Source of the DNA: Chiloscyllium plagiosum
Taxonomy: Eukaryota
Length of the DNA stretch: 42,066 nucleotides
Direction: 5' to 3'
Assembly (NCBI RefSeq): GCF_004010195.1
Contig: NC_057717.1
Location: 105,870,177 to 105,912,242 of the forward strand
The position numbers and the translations under genes are program-made. Below are positions 1-12,796 of the stretch, piece after piece. How positions within the stretch are numbered: the first letter of the stretch is position 1; each line of letters begins with the position of its first letter. Under the pieces are notes generated by a model. The model saw only the letters and a program-made list of their open reading frames with translations, searched no databases and had not been told where the DNA came from.

Positions 1-258
1 CCAGAGTTCAATTCCCGCCTCAGGCGACTGACTGTGTGGAGTTTGCACATTCTCCCCATGTCTGCATGGGTTTTCTCCGGGTGCTCTGGTTTCCTCCCAC
101 AGTCCAAAGATATACGGGTCAGGCGAATTGGCCATGTTAAATTGCCCGTAGTTAGGTGCAGGGGTAAATGTAGGGGAATGGGTCTGGGTAAGTGCGCTTC
201 AGCGGGTCGGTGTGGACTTGTTGGGCCGAAGGGCCTGTTTCCACACTATAAGTAATCA
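1..258 (+). mobile_element. HE1/V-SINE-type tRNA-derived SINE (5' end cut by window edge)
   Basis: B-box-like GAGTTCAATTCCC at the start; V-SINE core TGTGTGGAGTTTGCACATTCTCCCC...GGTTTCCTCCCACAGTCCAAAGAT; tail GGGCCTGTTTCCACACT. Family name from recall. Confidence 0.8.
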
Positions 259-264
259 TAGAAA

Positions 265-525
265 GCATGGGAACTCAACCATCTGCAAATTTCCCTCCAA
301 GCCATACACTCTCCTGATTTAGAAATATATCGGCATTCCTTCTGTATCAATGGATCAAAGTCCCAGATTTCCATTCCTAACAGCACAGTGGCTGCCCCTA
401 CTCATCAAGCACTGCAGCAGTTCAAGAGGCAGCTCACCAACATTTCCTCGAGGGAATTCAGGGTTGGACAACAAATGCTGCTCTATACAGTGACATTCAC
501 ATCACATGAACGAATATATTTTAAA
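265..525 (+). mobile_element. Degenerate LINE 3' end (shark CR1/L2-type)
   Basis: Resembles a common elasmobranch LINE 3' segment (CCCTCCAAGCCA...GCAGCAGTTCAAGAGGCAGCTCACC); an antisense fragment of the same repeat is at ~7270-7345. Boundaries approximate. Confidence 0.55.
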
Positions 526-764
526 AAGTAGTTTACACATGCACTCGTGCTGTTATACCCATGGCTCATTTTTAACTTGTACTGTGCCCAAATTACATAT
601 GTTTGGTTCAAGGTATCATCATAGTACACATTATATCAAAGGTTTATTTCATTAAACCAACATTGTGGGCACAATGTGCATTTTAAATTTATGATACGTA
701 TCCGTGTATATGTTCAATGAATACAGATGAGTTTATTCTGCACATTGTTATTTTTGTAGTAAAT

Positions 765-932
765 GTCTTGAAGGCAGAGATTGATAAATTCTTGATGTCA
801 CAAGGAATTAAGGGCTACGGGGAGAATGCGGGTAAGTGGAGTTGAAATGCCCATCAGCCATGATTGAATGGCGGAGTGGACTCGATGGGCCGAATGGCCT
901 TACTTCCACTCCTATGTCTTATGGTCTTATGG
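765..932 (+). mobile_element. CR1 LINE 3' end
   Basis: CAGCCATGATTGAATGGCGGAGTGGACTCGATGGGCCGAATGGCCTAC 3'-UTR motif ending in a repeated TCTTATGG tail. Confidence 0.8.
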
Positions 933-1078
933 TATTGTCCATGTACTGCTTTTTAGCCTAAGGTACACATGGAGTCATCATCAAATCTCTACATGCGCAA
1001 GCAATCATTCAACCCAGAAAATCTTCATTTTGACCACATTCAAAGTCTCTCACCAAAGTTAATTTCCTTGTCTTACAG

Positions 1079-1145
1079 GAGGTCTATGAACTGCTCAGCG
1101 AGTATGATTTAAAATACTGTTTTGTGGACAAATACAAAGGAACAG
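1079..1145 (+). CDS. RAVER1: RAVER1 window-exon 1/15 (RRM1 part), 67 nt
   Basis: ttacag|GAG...ACAG|gtaagt; [22 protein letters not shown] matches recalled Raver1 [22 protein letters not shown]. Confidence 0.96.
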
Positions 1146-2861
1146 GTAAGTGTTCTCTGCTTTTACCGATCTCCCAGGATCCTGAGTTTCAGGCCAGACT
1201 AAGCTAAAACTGCTTTATTTGTCCAAAAGCAAGAAATGTATGCTGAGATTTCCAGTGTCATGATGAGGTCTGAAAATCTCAGGATTCCTAAAGTGTGTCT
1301 GTCTGGTACAGTACACCACTTCTCCACTACACATGTGGCCATTGAAAAACATCAGTTATTTTTCTGGATGAATCATTCTAAACATGTAGTGTTCTTAGTA
1401 TTTGTTGTGACTTTCCTTTTCATTTGTTTCTTAAATGTAATTTGGAGTTATTTTGCTCCTCCTGTTTAATACTTTATCAGTTTCAGTAAGATTTCACCCT
1501 CTTGCAGGCAGCAGAAAGCAATTCTCTGCAACCCGTCCCATCCTTTATTCCCCCTTCACCCATCTGAAGTACCTTGTTGTCTCTCTGACCTTTTTTAGAG
1601 CTGAGTAATAAGATTTGGCTTTGTGCTTGCTTCCAGTTGAGGGGAACTTTGCCTAGTCACATGTTCCAGTTGTTCACTGACATTTTTGTTCAGTTGCATA
1701 TTTTGTCCAGGTTTCTGGATTGAAATGTAATATTTTTAAATCTCCTGAATGTTGATGTGACTTTGGATTTGGTTTGGTCCATTTCTTTTACGCAGTTATC
1801 AGTTTTCATTGAAACTTGCAACTGAATATAAGTTTAAGAAGTTTAGGGAACCATTGGCTGTGATGATGCAAAACCACTGTACTTGGGAATATGTCGGTAG
1901 GTGTGGCACTATTGGCCTTTGCTTTGTTTTGGTGCCTCTGTAATAACTACTTGTCAATCGCACACTGATTCTGTAATTCAGTTTCAACTGTTAGCAGTCC
2001 TGATTGTTGGAAAAGCTTTGAATGAGGGGGAACTCAACTGAAAGGAGAAGCTGAATGGTTAAATGAGGGAAGGCTCACTTAATTGTTCAGAAGGAAATGG
2101 TCCAAGGTGATGCTGATTTTGCTCATTCAAATAACCCTTCTGAGTCTGTAATTTCCTAAAGCCCTTTGACATGTCTGCATTTTTAGTTCTGGCTTGTTGT
2201 GCTCTCCTGTTGCAGCTAATCTTTAATCTGTAAGGGAGTTAGGCTGTACAGAGGGGCCAGACAGAAAGGGGTGGAGGTCACAGTCTGGCTGTCATCTTAT
2301 AGAATGATCAAACAGACCCATGAGCTGAATGGATTATTCCTGCTCCTGTTTATCGTTTTCCTTCACCCTACTGATAAGATGTGTGCTTTTGACTGTCTGG
2401 CTCTGATCACCAGAGTTCCATCCATCAGTCCTTCCTCATTTTAAGGCCATCCTTAAAATCTGCCTTTTTGAAAAAACTTTGTTAGCATGTTATACTATCT
2501 TCTATTTGGCCCAAGTGTCAATTTTGAATTGTTTGGATTCCTGGGAAATACCTTGTGACATTTCAGTATGTTCAAACTGCGATATAAATGCAAGTTGCTG
2601 TTTGTCCTTTTTGCTGTAATTGAGCTCTTCATTACTGAGGAGGAAATCAGCACAGTGACCGAACACTGTCCAGTAATTCTACATTCTCTCTGCGAACAAG
2701 TGGAGACAGGCTTGCTCCTTTCCACAATCCCCTCTTCCCTCACGCTCCCATTTCGGTAATGCAGCAAGGTTGCCAACAGAGCCATATTCTCGCAGAGTGG
2801 AGAGAAGAGATTTCGGAGGTCAGCTGAATTATAACTTGTTCTTTTTCTTATTGTTTTCCAG

Positions 2862-3331
2862 CTTTTGTCACTTTATTGAACAGGGATCAAGCAAATGATG
2901 CCATTGAGAAATTTCATCAATCAACTTTGCGGGATCGAGAGATTTCAGTGCAGCTGCAGCCCACCGATGCTCTGCTCTGTATTGCAAACCTGCCTCTCTC
3001 CTTCACTCAGCAGCAGTTTGAGGAGCTGGTGCGGCCGTTTGGGAACCTGGAACGATGTTTCCTTGTGTACAGTGAGATTTCTGGTCACTCAAAAGGATAT
3101 GGTTTTGTGGAATACATGAAAAAAGACTCTGCTGCCCGTGCCAAATCAGAGCTCCTAGGAAAACAGCTGGGCACACGAACCCTGTATGTTCATTGGACTG
3201 ACGTAAATCAGCTGACTCTTGACCTCATTCATTCCAAGTGCCTGTGTGTGGATAAACTGCCACATGATTATAAAGACCTGCCAGCGCTCAGCCAAGCCTT
3301 TAGCGACATCTATGAGCCAACATTTTGTCAG
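2862..3331 (+). CDS. RAVER1: RAVER1 window-exon 2/15 (end of RRM1, RRM2, start of RRM3), 470 nt
   Basis: ttttccag|CTTTT...TGTCAG|gtatga; AFVTLLN...LCIANLP...SKGYGFVEY (RNP1)...CLCVDKLP...PTFCQ; phase continuous with flanking exons. Confidence 0.98.
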
Positions 3332-4430
3332 GTATGAACAATGGTCACAGAGAACAGGAAACTATGACAACAAGAAAAGTCTAGAAACTTTTGAAAAGCA
3401 GTCTGCAGAAGTAATGTGTCATTCTGTGCTCTATACATCAAATCAGAGCCCAGAGCCAGGGTTCTTTCAAAATGTTAGTCCTTGTTTCCCTCTCCTCACC
3501 TCCATCCGTTGTCACTGTGTGTTCTGAGAATGTGACCAAAACTATATGTGAGCACAATGGGAAAATGAATTGGCCGGTGGTTGAGGTCATGCCAATCTGT
3601 CTTCAACTCTCATTTCTCCCTTTCCTTACTCTCCGAAGTCTCCATCCCTTTCACTTGAAGTTCTGCAGATCACTGATGATGCTTATCATTTATGTATTAA
3701 TTGTGTGTTACTGTTGGCTTCACACTAGAAAATGCCTTCAAATGAGTCGACATCATCCCATACCTACTAGCATGTGCTGGTGAGAGGCTCCTGCCTCACT
3801 CATTTATCCCCCTCTGTTCACTGTGTATTGTCTGGATCAGAAGCTTTTCTGTTCTTGTTCCCTCTTTCACTCCATTCCACTGAACATAACATCTCTGTTA
3901 TTGAGCTGATGCTGGGACCTTTTTGGTTACAGCTGGGTTTGTACTTTTGTGCCATTCGTTTTGATGTTCTTGAGTATTGCTGCCAACGAAGGAATGCTTC
4001 ACGTTGACTGTGTTCACTGCTATTATTTTTGTGCATCTTTTTTAATTGTCTGATTCAGGGAACATTGTACTGGTGTTTCTGTTTTCTTAAATACACTGTG
4101 GTCTATTTTCTTTCTTTTTTGATGTTGTTTTTGGAAATTAAAAGGTCTGGTGTATGGGAGCAACTCAACACTGAGCCCAGGTTTGCAAATCTCTGAAGAT
4201 TGATTGTGTTGGTCTGAGGGGTTCCTCCAAAAGTACAGTTGGAAAAAAAATAAGACGAATTATGAGCAACTGGAGTCTCAGTCAGTTCCTTTCAGTCCCA
4301 AGGACTCGACAGTTGATTATTTAGCACTAAGCCATGTATTCTGTCTAGATGCTGATCGAGAGCATTGTGAGATTTTACAAGCTTTTGATAAGCTGCTTCC
4401 TGCATTTGCTGATGGATGCTAATTTGTGTG

Positions 4431-4860
4431 TCATAGAGTCATAGAGATATACAGCACAGAAACAGACCTTTCAGTCTAACTCGTCCATGCTGACCAGATA
4501 TCCCAATCCAATCTAATCCCAGCTGCCAGCACCTGGCCCATATCCCTCTAAACCCTTCCTCTTCATAAACCCATCCAAATGCCTTTTTAAATGTTGTAAT
4601 TGTACCCAGCCTCCAGCACTTCCTCTGGCAGCTCATCCACACCCACACCACCTTCTGCATGAAAGTTGCCTCTTAGGTCCCTTTTAAATTTTTTCCTGCT
4701 CACCTTAAACCTATGCTGTTTAGTTTTGGACACCCCCACCCCAGAGAAGAGACTTTGTCTATTTACCCTATCCATGCACCTCATGATTTTATAAACCTCT
4801 AAAAGGTCACCTCTCAGCCTCCGATGCTCCAGGGCAAATAGCCCCAGCCTGTTCACATAG
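4431..4860 (-). mobile_element. CR1 LINE 3' fragment (antisense)
   Basis: Minus-strand LGLFALEHRRLRGDLLEVYKIMR is the CR1 ORF2 C-terminus; CTCTATGACTCTATGA tail on the minus strand. Confidence 0.9.
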
Positions 4861-5059
4861 CTCCAATCCTCCGCTGTCCTTGTGAAATAGTCCTTTATTA
4901 TATTCCAGTGCCTCTCAGCTGATAGGTTTACAGCACATCTTCCAAGCCTTGTTTCTGTGAATGGTTTGAATTCAGATATTTAGTCTTGATTTCCTGTGTG
5001 CTGGTTATGTTCTGTGGTAGGTTGAATTTGAGCTAATTTGTACCAAACTGCTGGAGATA

Positions 5060-5553
5060 GTTGAAGCAAGCATCCACACAGCTGCCAGTGGGAAGGTGGG
5101 AAGAGGCAAACTACTACTTACTCCTCAACATAAACAGAAAGCATCACAGTGACTAGCTTTCAGCCAATCCTAATGCTGAACTGACGATGTTGTCAAGGTT
5201 TTGGTGGGGAGGGGGTTCCCTTTCACATGAGGCTGCTGTACAAATGTTAGCATTATTGTGGAACAGATCACCGATGGTCACGTTCTTACCACTGTTCTGT
5301 AACAACCAGCTGTGGCCATCACTGCCCATCATGTCACACACTTCCACAAAGGGAGGGGTTCGACACCAAATGTTTGTTCAGAGCAGTCTGCAAACAGAAG
5401 ACCAATACAATAGCTCAAACTTTCCGCAGGAAACTGGCAAGCCAGTCACTCAGATGTTTTATGTTTATGTTAAGGAGTGAGTAAGTAGTTTGCCTCCTCC
5501 TATTTCTAAACTGGCAGCAGCGTGCAGCTTGAAGGTTGGATGCTTGCTTCAAC
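5060..5553. repeat. Long imperfect inverted repeat (old MITE or fold-back element?)
   Basis: Perfect complements 5060-5076/5537-5553 (17 nt), 5103-5115/5484-5496 and 5127-5136/5462-5471, in nested order. Confidence 0.75.
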
Positions 5554-5813
5554 CTGTCCAAGCATTATATTTGTTTTGAGCCTGTTATACGCTCTGAATG
5601 CCCCTGTCTTCTCAGCGGCAGCACTCGACTCCCTGCACAGCCCAGAGCAGCACCTGGGAACCTGTAGCACAACAAGATAGTGTTCTTAGGGATAGGGGCG
5701 AGCTCTTCACAACCCCTTTGTTTCTCTATTATTTATTTATTCTTGTCTCTTTTACCCATTTCCCATCTGTTGCTTCCACCATCGCTTATATCTTGTGTGT
5801 GTCCTTTGTGCAG

Positions 5814-6005
5814 CTGGCTCAGGGACCTGATGGCCAATTCCGAGGCTTTGCAGTTGTGGAATATGAAGCTGCGGAACAAGCTGAGCAAGTACAGAAGGAG
5901 ACCGACGGCCTCTGGGTTGATGGGAACCACATTCGGGTCTCATTCTGTGCACCTGGGCCCCCAGGGCGGAGTATGCTTCCTGCACTGATCGCTGCTCAGG
6001 CTATG
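5814..6005 (+). CDS. RAVER1: RAVER1 window-exon 3/15 (RRM3), 192 nt
   Basis: tgtgcag|CTG...ATG|gtgagt; [18 protein letters not shown]...[25 protein letters not shown]. Confidence 0.98.
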
Positions 6006-6371
6006 GTGAGTACACCCTTGAACTGATGTATTCAGGCACTGGACAACCATGACCTGTTATAGACCAAACCTGAACTGGCTTGAAGCAATAGCATTTGAAA
6101 AACGGTGTGCAATCTGACAGAGTAGTAAGATGGTGCTTAACCACAATGGCTCATCTTGCCTGTTCAAACATTACACTTGTGTAACCATTGATTTGTCAGA
6201 TAACAGCCAGTGCTGATAAAACTGGATTTCCCTACAACTGTAGCTCTCATCCATGGGGCTGAGATCCTGCAATTGCTATGGGATTCCAGTGGAATCCTTA
6301 TTTCATGTTGGAGAAATGCCAAGTTAATATAAAGGCATAGTGAAATTGCATTGTTTTGTCTCTTTTCCCAG

Positions 6372-6501
6372 GCTATGAACCGTGGGAAGGGTCTTCTCCC
6401 AGAACCGAATCCTATGCAGATTCTGAACAGCCTCAATAATCCAGCGACATTGCAGCTTCTCCTAAACCCATTAATACATGGAGGCACTGGCCCTCAGCAA
6501 G
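6372..6501 (+). CDS. RAVER1: RAVER1 window-exon 4/15, 130 nt
   Basis: ttcccag|GCT...CAAG|gtgaga; [38 protein letters not shown]. Confidence 0.97.
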
Positions 6502-7620
6502 GTGAGAGCTGGCTACTGAGTCACCAGAATAGATATGTCTTCACCCATAACTAGCTGATCTTCTCTGGTTACTCAATGTGTCAGGATTTGATGATACAGG
6601 TTAAACTGGAGCTGCACAGGCTGGTAACTGGCTATCACCAGACCCTGTTTATCATGTGCATACAGATGATCACTGAGGCACTTTCAGTGCTATGGCTTGA
6701 TTTAAGTATGCTTTGTAACTTGAGGTCTTGAACACCGAAAGATATGCATAAGTGAAGCTTTCAATATATGTTGTATCAGGTTTATAATTTCTGCAGTACT
6801 CTGAATCTTCTGTCTTGCTGTCCTGTGGCAGCATACAATCGAGAGTAGACTATTTGGCTGATCGAGCTGACCTTCACCTTTTTTAGACATGGTAATTCTA
6901 CAACTTTAATCGCAATGTTTTGCTTCTCTCTCTCAATGTTTTCCAAAGTATATTTCTATTACATGTGCAGTGCAGCAATTTGTCCTTAATCTTCATGGCA
7001 TTACCCACGGCTGCTCTCGTACATGGTTTTGATATTTAGCTCTGACCCTAGCCTTTCCCCTTTCAGCCACAAGTCTAGCCTGTTGCTGTTTGCCAGATAA
7101 TGATTGAAACAGGGCTTGAGGAGAATGTGTATAAACTAGGGAAGCAGAAATAGTATCACTGCATGTCATGAGTTAGCCTGAAAGAGGTGTCAGTGCATCT
7201 CCTCCATGAGTTACTAGAGTCCATGTGATGAAGAGACCCCCAGAATATTGTGATGGAAGCAAAGCATTTTATTCAGGAATGATGATACTTATCCAAGTCA
7301 AGATGGTGTGTGACCTGGAAGGGAGCTTGGAGCCGGTGGTGCCTGCCTGAGATAGTAGTGTTTAGCTTCTAGGTCAGATGGGAAGTTTGCACATGTCACG
7401 TGCTCCCATTCAGAATATTAAGTCTTTTAGCGTCTTAGAGAGCATCTTATTCTCACAAAGCTTTCTGTCTGAATTTGTGTAAATACATTTTAGATCTTTC
7501 TGATGCAATCATTTAATTTCTGATTGATCTGCAAACATTTGAATACACTCAAGAAAAATGTTAACTTTAACTGTGAAAACCGAACCCGGGATACTAATTC
7601 TAAGACTTTATTTTATTCAG

Positions 7621-7724
7621 GAATTCTGGGAGCTGCCCCTTCAATGCCTCTGCTGGGGAACCCTGGATTAAGTGCAGCTCTCTTACAGTTGGTTTTACAG
7701 GGCCAAAACCCAGCACAAACTCAG
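7621..7724 (+). CDS. RAVER1: RAVER1 window-exon 5/15 (first PTB-interaction-type motif), 104 nt
   Basis: attcag|GAATT...ACTCAG|gtaaac; (G)[34 protein letters not shown]. Confidence 0.95.
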
Positions 7725-9199
7725 GTAAACTTCCAATTGTGCAGCAAGCCGTTGTAAGCTAGCTTGGAGAGTTGCAAGTTTGGTTTTGTTTGTTTCAGCT
7801 TCGGAGTGTCCTGTTATGATGACCTAAGGAAGTACACTTGGCTTTGGAGGCTTTCTGTTTTCCGTGATGACACTTGGCTCTGTTCTTCCTTTTTTCTTGC
7901 TCTTCCCTTCCGTTCCCTCTCTGAGAAGGTTAGCATTAAGCTGTTCTCTCACAGGGATACTACCCCTTTTAAAATGTCAGTGATGGCAGAGATCAGTGTG
8001 ACAGGAAGTCACCGTAAGCACCAGCGTCAGCCATAGGTTCTTCAGATTTTTCCTATCGTTCTAGCTGCTCTTGAGAATTTTATCCAGTTCCTAACGCTCT
8101 TACTACAGCAGTGTTCCCATGTTTTTTTTAAGAGGGTAACAATGATGTTTCTTATAAACAAATGCACAACACTGAATAAAGCAGGTTTCATTTATCTTTG
8201 ATTCCCATCTCAGAAACAGTAAAACGGAATTTGATTGGTCCAGGAACTTCTCTTGAGCCTTTGGGATTTTTCTGTCTAGGGTTTGGGCTGGCTGCGGAGT
8301 CGTTACAGATCATGATCAAAATGTTATGTTCAACTTAAAAACTGATCAGGTGACCAATGCACTGACCAGAGCTGTGTGTCCACCTCTATGGAGGCTGAAA
8401 GCAGTTATGTTCAATATGGCTTGTTACCACCTGATCATCACTTCGATACATAAACTGGATAGTTCATGACTATACTGTTTGTCAAGCCCCTCCATAATGT
8501 CGTACAAAGGGGCCATGTTATCCCACAACTGTGGTATGTAACAGGCTGAGCTAGGTCTCCTGTTGCTTTGTGGAGATCTGCCAGAAGCTTTTGGAAGTGT
8601 ATTGACCTTTTGAGGCAATCCCTCCTGACCCAGGGTGACTTCTCCACTCTTGAGTAAGTCCGATTATGGATCCATGCACACTGGGTTGGTGGGCGACTTC
8701 CCTCGTTATCATCAAAGTTTTATGGTATAAAGAGAGAGAGCCTTCAGCCCATTGTGCCCATGCTGGTCATCGAGCACCTCGCTACCCATGTACAGTTTCC
8801 CAGCACTTGGCTTGCAACTGTATATGCCAGGATATTGCAAATGATCATCGAAAGACCTCTTCAATGTTGTGATGGGTCCCACCTCTACCACCCTTTTCAG
8901 GCAGAGTTCCACATACCACCACTTTCGGAATGAAAAATTACTTCCTTAACTCCCTACTAAACCACCTTTCCCTTAATTGACATCTATGCCCACTGGTTAC
9001 CTGCAAAGTGGAAAGTTTGCTTCCAATCCACCCAGTCTAAACCCCTCATAATTTTGTAGACCATAATCAACTCACTCCTCTGGCTTCTCTGCTCGAACGA
9101 ACATAACTCCTGTCTATCTACTCTCTCTCTCTAAAGCTAAAACCCTCCAGCATTGAGGTGAATCTCATCTGCATCCTCTCCCTTGAGCAATCTGAAATT

Positions 9200-10650
9200 T
9201 ATCACATGGTCCTGCTGCTTAGGCTTGACCTCCACCTGGGCAGGTGAATGATTCTTGAGATGACACCTTCATGGATTGCTCCTGCAGTTTGGGCCAGCCT
9301 AAAGTAAGGTGCATCTTTTTCCCAGTGAAGCTTTGAGAATGTCCTTGAAGCCCACCCTGTGCTCTGCTGGTAACTGAGCTTGTTTAGTGAGTCTTGTCAG
9401 CTGTGTAAGCTGAGGGACAAACCCGCCCCCCCCACCCCCCCTCGGGCCAGCTGATTGACCATAATCAGTACTTCGATAGTGGGAGTGTTCGTTTGAAAGA
9501 GGGCACTGAGATTGGAGTACCCATCCTGTTAGTGGATTTGTAAGATTTTTGCAGAAGCATTGCTAGTGATAGTTCTCTTGGGATTTAAGATGTCTGCTGT
9601 GTACCTTTGCATACAGAAATGCAGGTAACACTACTGTCCTGCAGACCGTAGGTCTGGTGCCAGGTTTGGGATGTTTATCATCGAGCAGTCTGCTTCGGGT
9701 GTGCTGCTGTGATCCTTGGCTGTCTGAAGAATTATGTTGAATTCTGTAGCTGGCATCTGTCCTTGCTTACAGGGTATGGGAATTGGTCCATGTTCTCCAG
9801 TGATAGTCAGGGCGGCAGTATTGTGCAGCATGAGTAGGCTGATAGATGCCCTTTTTTGTCTTTGAGATGTTTAGCGTAAGGCCTCCTCACTCACATGCCT
9901 CTGAATGCATTGACAATGTTTTGGAGCACCTGCACACACACTCCCATCTGGGTATTGCAGCTTGATGTCAGAGGCCCAGGGTGGTCTTGGCTCAGGACTG
10001 GAGGTGGTGCGGACTGGACAGTTTCCTGCTTGTTCTATGCTGAAGCTCCACTTCATTAGGAAGTTTCATGTCTCTAGGGTGGCAAGTTACAGTGAGCAAG
10101 ATGGAGAAGAGTATTAGTGTGATGATATGACTTTGCTTGATCCCAGTGTGTTTGCGATGGTTCCATTGAGAATCATTGCTTACATCTCATTGCACAGTAT
10201 TCAGAGAATGGTGAATAATTCCTGCTGGCAGCCAAATTTAGATAGAGCCCTCCACAATCTGTCTTCATTGATGAAGTGGAAGCCTTTGTGAGATCAAATC
10301 GGGCTGCTGTTTGCTGCTGCTGTCTGTACGGTTCTTGTCTTGCTGTGAGGGTCATGTCCACTGTGCTGTTTAATGGTTAGGGTCGATATTGTGTCTTTGG
10401 GAGAAGCTGTCCCACAGCCGGGAGAAGGATGATGTTTTCCATGACCTTCCATCCCAGATAGTGAGTGTTGGTGGAGTGCAGAGCCTAACTCTGGAAGGCG
10501 CAGTCACTGCATACAGAGTGAGCTGAGCGTAGACACCTCTTCGGTAACCGAAATTCCGACCTGTCATGTTCCAGTCCATAGAAATCTCTGTATCCAGTCA
10601 GTGAGGGAGAATTATGTCAAAACACTTGTAGAATTCTCTCTTTGTCAACA
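9200..10650 (-). mobile_element. Degraded RTE-clade LINE reverse transcriptase fragment
   Basis: Frameshifted minus-strand peptides FDLTKA (~10280-10300) and LENMDQFP (~9777-9800) resemble RTE ORF motifs; many stops; boundaries approximate. Confidence 0.6.
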
Positions 10651-10663
10651 GAATGATGGTCTG

Positions 10664-11997
10664 ATGGTCTGCATCCCAGGGTACTGAAGGAGGTGGCTCG
10701 GGAAATCGTGGATGCGTTGGTGATTATTTTCCAGAGTTCAATAGATTCGGGGTCGGTTCCTGAGGATTGGAGGGTGGCTAATGTTATAACACTTTTTAAG
10801 AAAGGTGGGCGAGAGAAAGCAGGAAATTGTAGACCAGTTAGTCTGACCTCAGTGGTGGGAAAGATGCTGGAGTCTATTATAAAGGATGAAATTACTGCAC
10901 ATCTGGATAGTAGTAACAGGATAGGACAGAGTCAGCATGGATTTATGAAGGGGAAATCATGCTTGACTAATCTTCTTGAATTTTTTGAGGATGTAACTCT
11001 GAAGTTGGACGAGGGAAATCCAGTAGATGTAGTGTACCTGGACTTTCAGAAAGCTTTTGACAAAGTCCCACACAGGAGGTTAGTGAGCAAAATTAGGGCG
11101 CACGGTATTAGGGGCAAAGTACTAGATTGGATTGAAAATTGGTTGGCTAATAGGAAACAAAGGATAGTGATAAACGGCNNNNNNNNNNNNNNNNNNNNNN
11201 NNNNNNNNNNNNNNNNNNNNNNNNNNNNNNNNNNNNNNNNNNNNNNNNNNNNNNNNNNNNNNNNNNNNNNNNNNNNNNNNNNNNNNNNNNNNNNNNNNNN
11301 NNNNNNNNNNNNNNNNNNNNNNNNNNNNNNNNNNNNNNNNNNNNNNNNNNNNNNNNNNNNNNNNNNNNNNNNNNNNNNNNNNNNNNNNNNNNNNNNNNNN
11401 NNNNNNNNNNNNNNNNNNACAGGGCCCTGGTGAGACTGCACCTGGAGTATTGTGTGCAGTTCTGGTCTCCAAATTTGAGAAAAGACATTCTGGCTATTGA
11501 GGGAGTGCAGCGTAGGTTCACGAGGTCAATTCCTGGAATGGCAGGATTACCTTACACTGAAAGACTGAAGGGACTGGGCTTGTATACCCTTGAGTTTAGA
11601 AGACTGAGAGGGGATCCGATTGAGACATGTAAGATTATGAAAGGATTGGACACTCTGGCAGCAGGAAACATGTTTCCGCTGATGGGTGAGTGCTGAACCA
11701 GAGGACACAGCTTAAAAATATGGGGTAGACCATTTAGGACAGAGCTCAGGAGAACCTTCTTCACCCAGAGAGTGGTGGCTGTGTGGAATGCTCTGCCACA
11801 GGGGGCAGTGGAGGCCCACTCTCTGGATTCATTTAAAAATGAGTTGGATAGAGCTCTCAAAGATAGTGGAATCAAGGGTTATGGAGATAAGGCAGGAACA
11901 GGATACTGATTAGGAATGATCAGCCATGATTATATTGAATGGCGGTGCAGGCTTGAAGGGCTGAATGGCCTACTCCTGCACCTATTGTCTATTGTCT
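10664..11997 (+). mobile_element. 5'-truncated CR1 LINE (RT), interrupted by an assembly gap
   Basis: VPEDWRVANV...NCRPVSLTSVVGK...YLDFQKAFDKVPH; after the gap LEYCVQFWSP...RRLRGD; repeated CTATTGT tail at ~11982-11997. Confidence 0.95.
11179..11418. other. Assembly gap (240 N)
   Basis: Run of N inside the CR1 copy. Confidence 1.
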
Positions 11998-12796
11998 AGA
12001 ATGTATCACTGGTATCATAATCTATACGATTATATAGAAACTATTAATTAAGTGAAGCTAACATTTCTGTCTTGATAAAGTGAAGATTTGAATGTTTCAG
12101 AGCTCACAACAAGGCAGTGTTGAAACCATTGCAATTTAAGTACATCATCAGTTACCCACATTTCTATTATTAGATAATTATAACAGGCATGTACTGGTGA
12201 GAGTTGGAATCTGAGGAAAGTATGGCACATATTAGTATTGTAATGAAAGCTCCTTGCAAAATTTGGTATGACAATAATCTGAGTATATCAGCAATTGTCT
12301 GTACTTTGCATCTAGAGAGAAATGTTTTTAACTTTCAGGCGTTAAGGAAAGTGGAGCAGTATGTTACACAGCTAGTTTCAGTGAACTATAAGACAGCAAG
12401 TATTTTACACCAAAAATAAGAGCCAGATAAGAGGAGCCGTGTGGTAATTCGCAGCAACCTAATATTCAGTGCAGGAATTCAGAAATGCCAAAATAGTTTT
12501 TGACACTCGAGAGTCCCTCTGAGTGACTGGGTTCAGATTTCTAAGCACAGCAGTACCTTTGAATATATTGCTGTCATCCCTAACATCCAGTTGCAAGCTG
12601 TTATTCTTATGGTGGCTACTGACTCTTCATTAAGGTTGTGTGTGAAATTTATGAACATCTACAGTGTTTACATTTGTATTCTTTCTACTTCAACCCTGCC
12701 CCTCCCTACCTGTGACAGAAAGACAAAATAAGCATTTTACTCTCTTTCAGACAGGAAGACAGATGAGGTTTTCCTGAAATAATTAAGATCCAAGAA

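Noticed and set aside
1260..1273. ATGATGA...CTGA resembling C/D snoRNA boxes
   Set aside because: The boxes are only a few nt apart, with no room for a guide region.
11046..11521. Long ORFs containing X runs (also 32094-32832)
   Set aside because: Artefacts of translating through N gaps.
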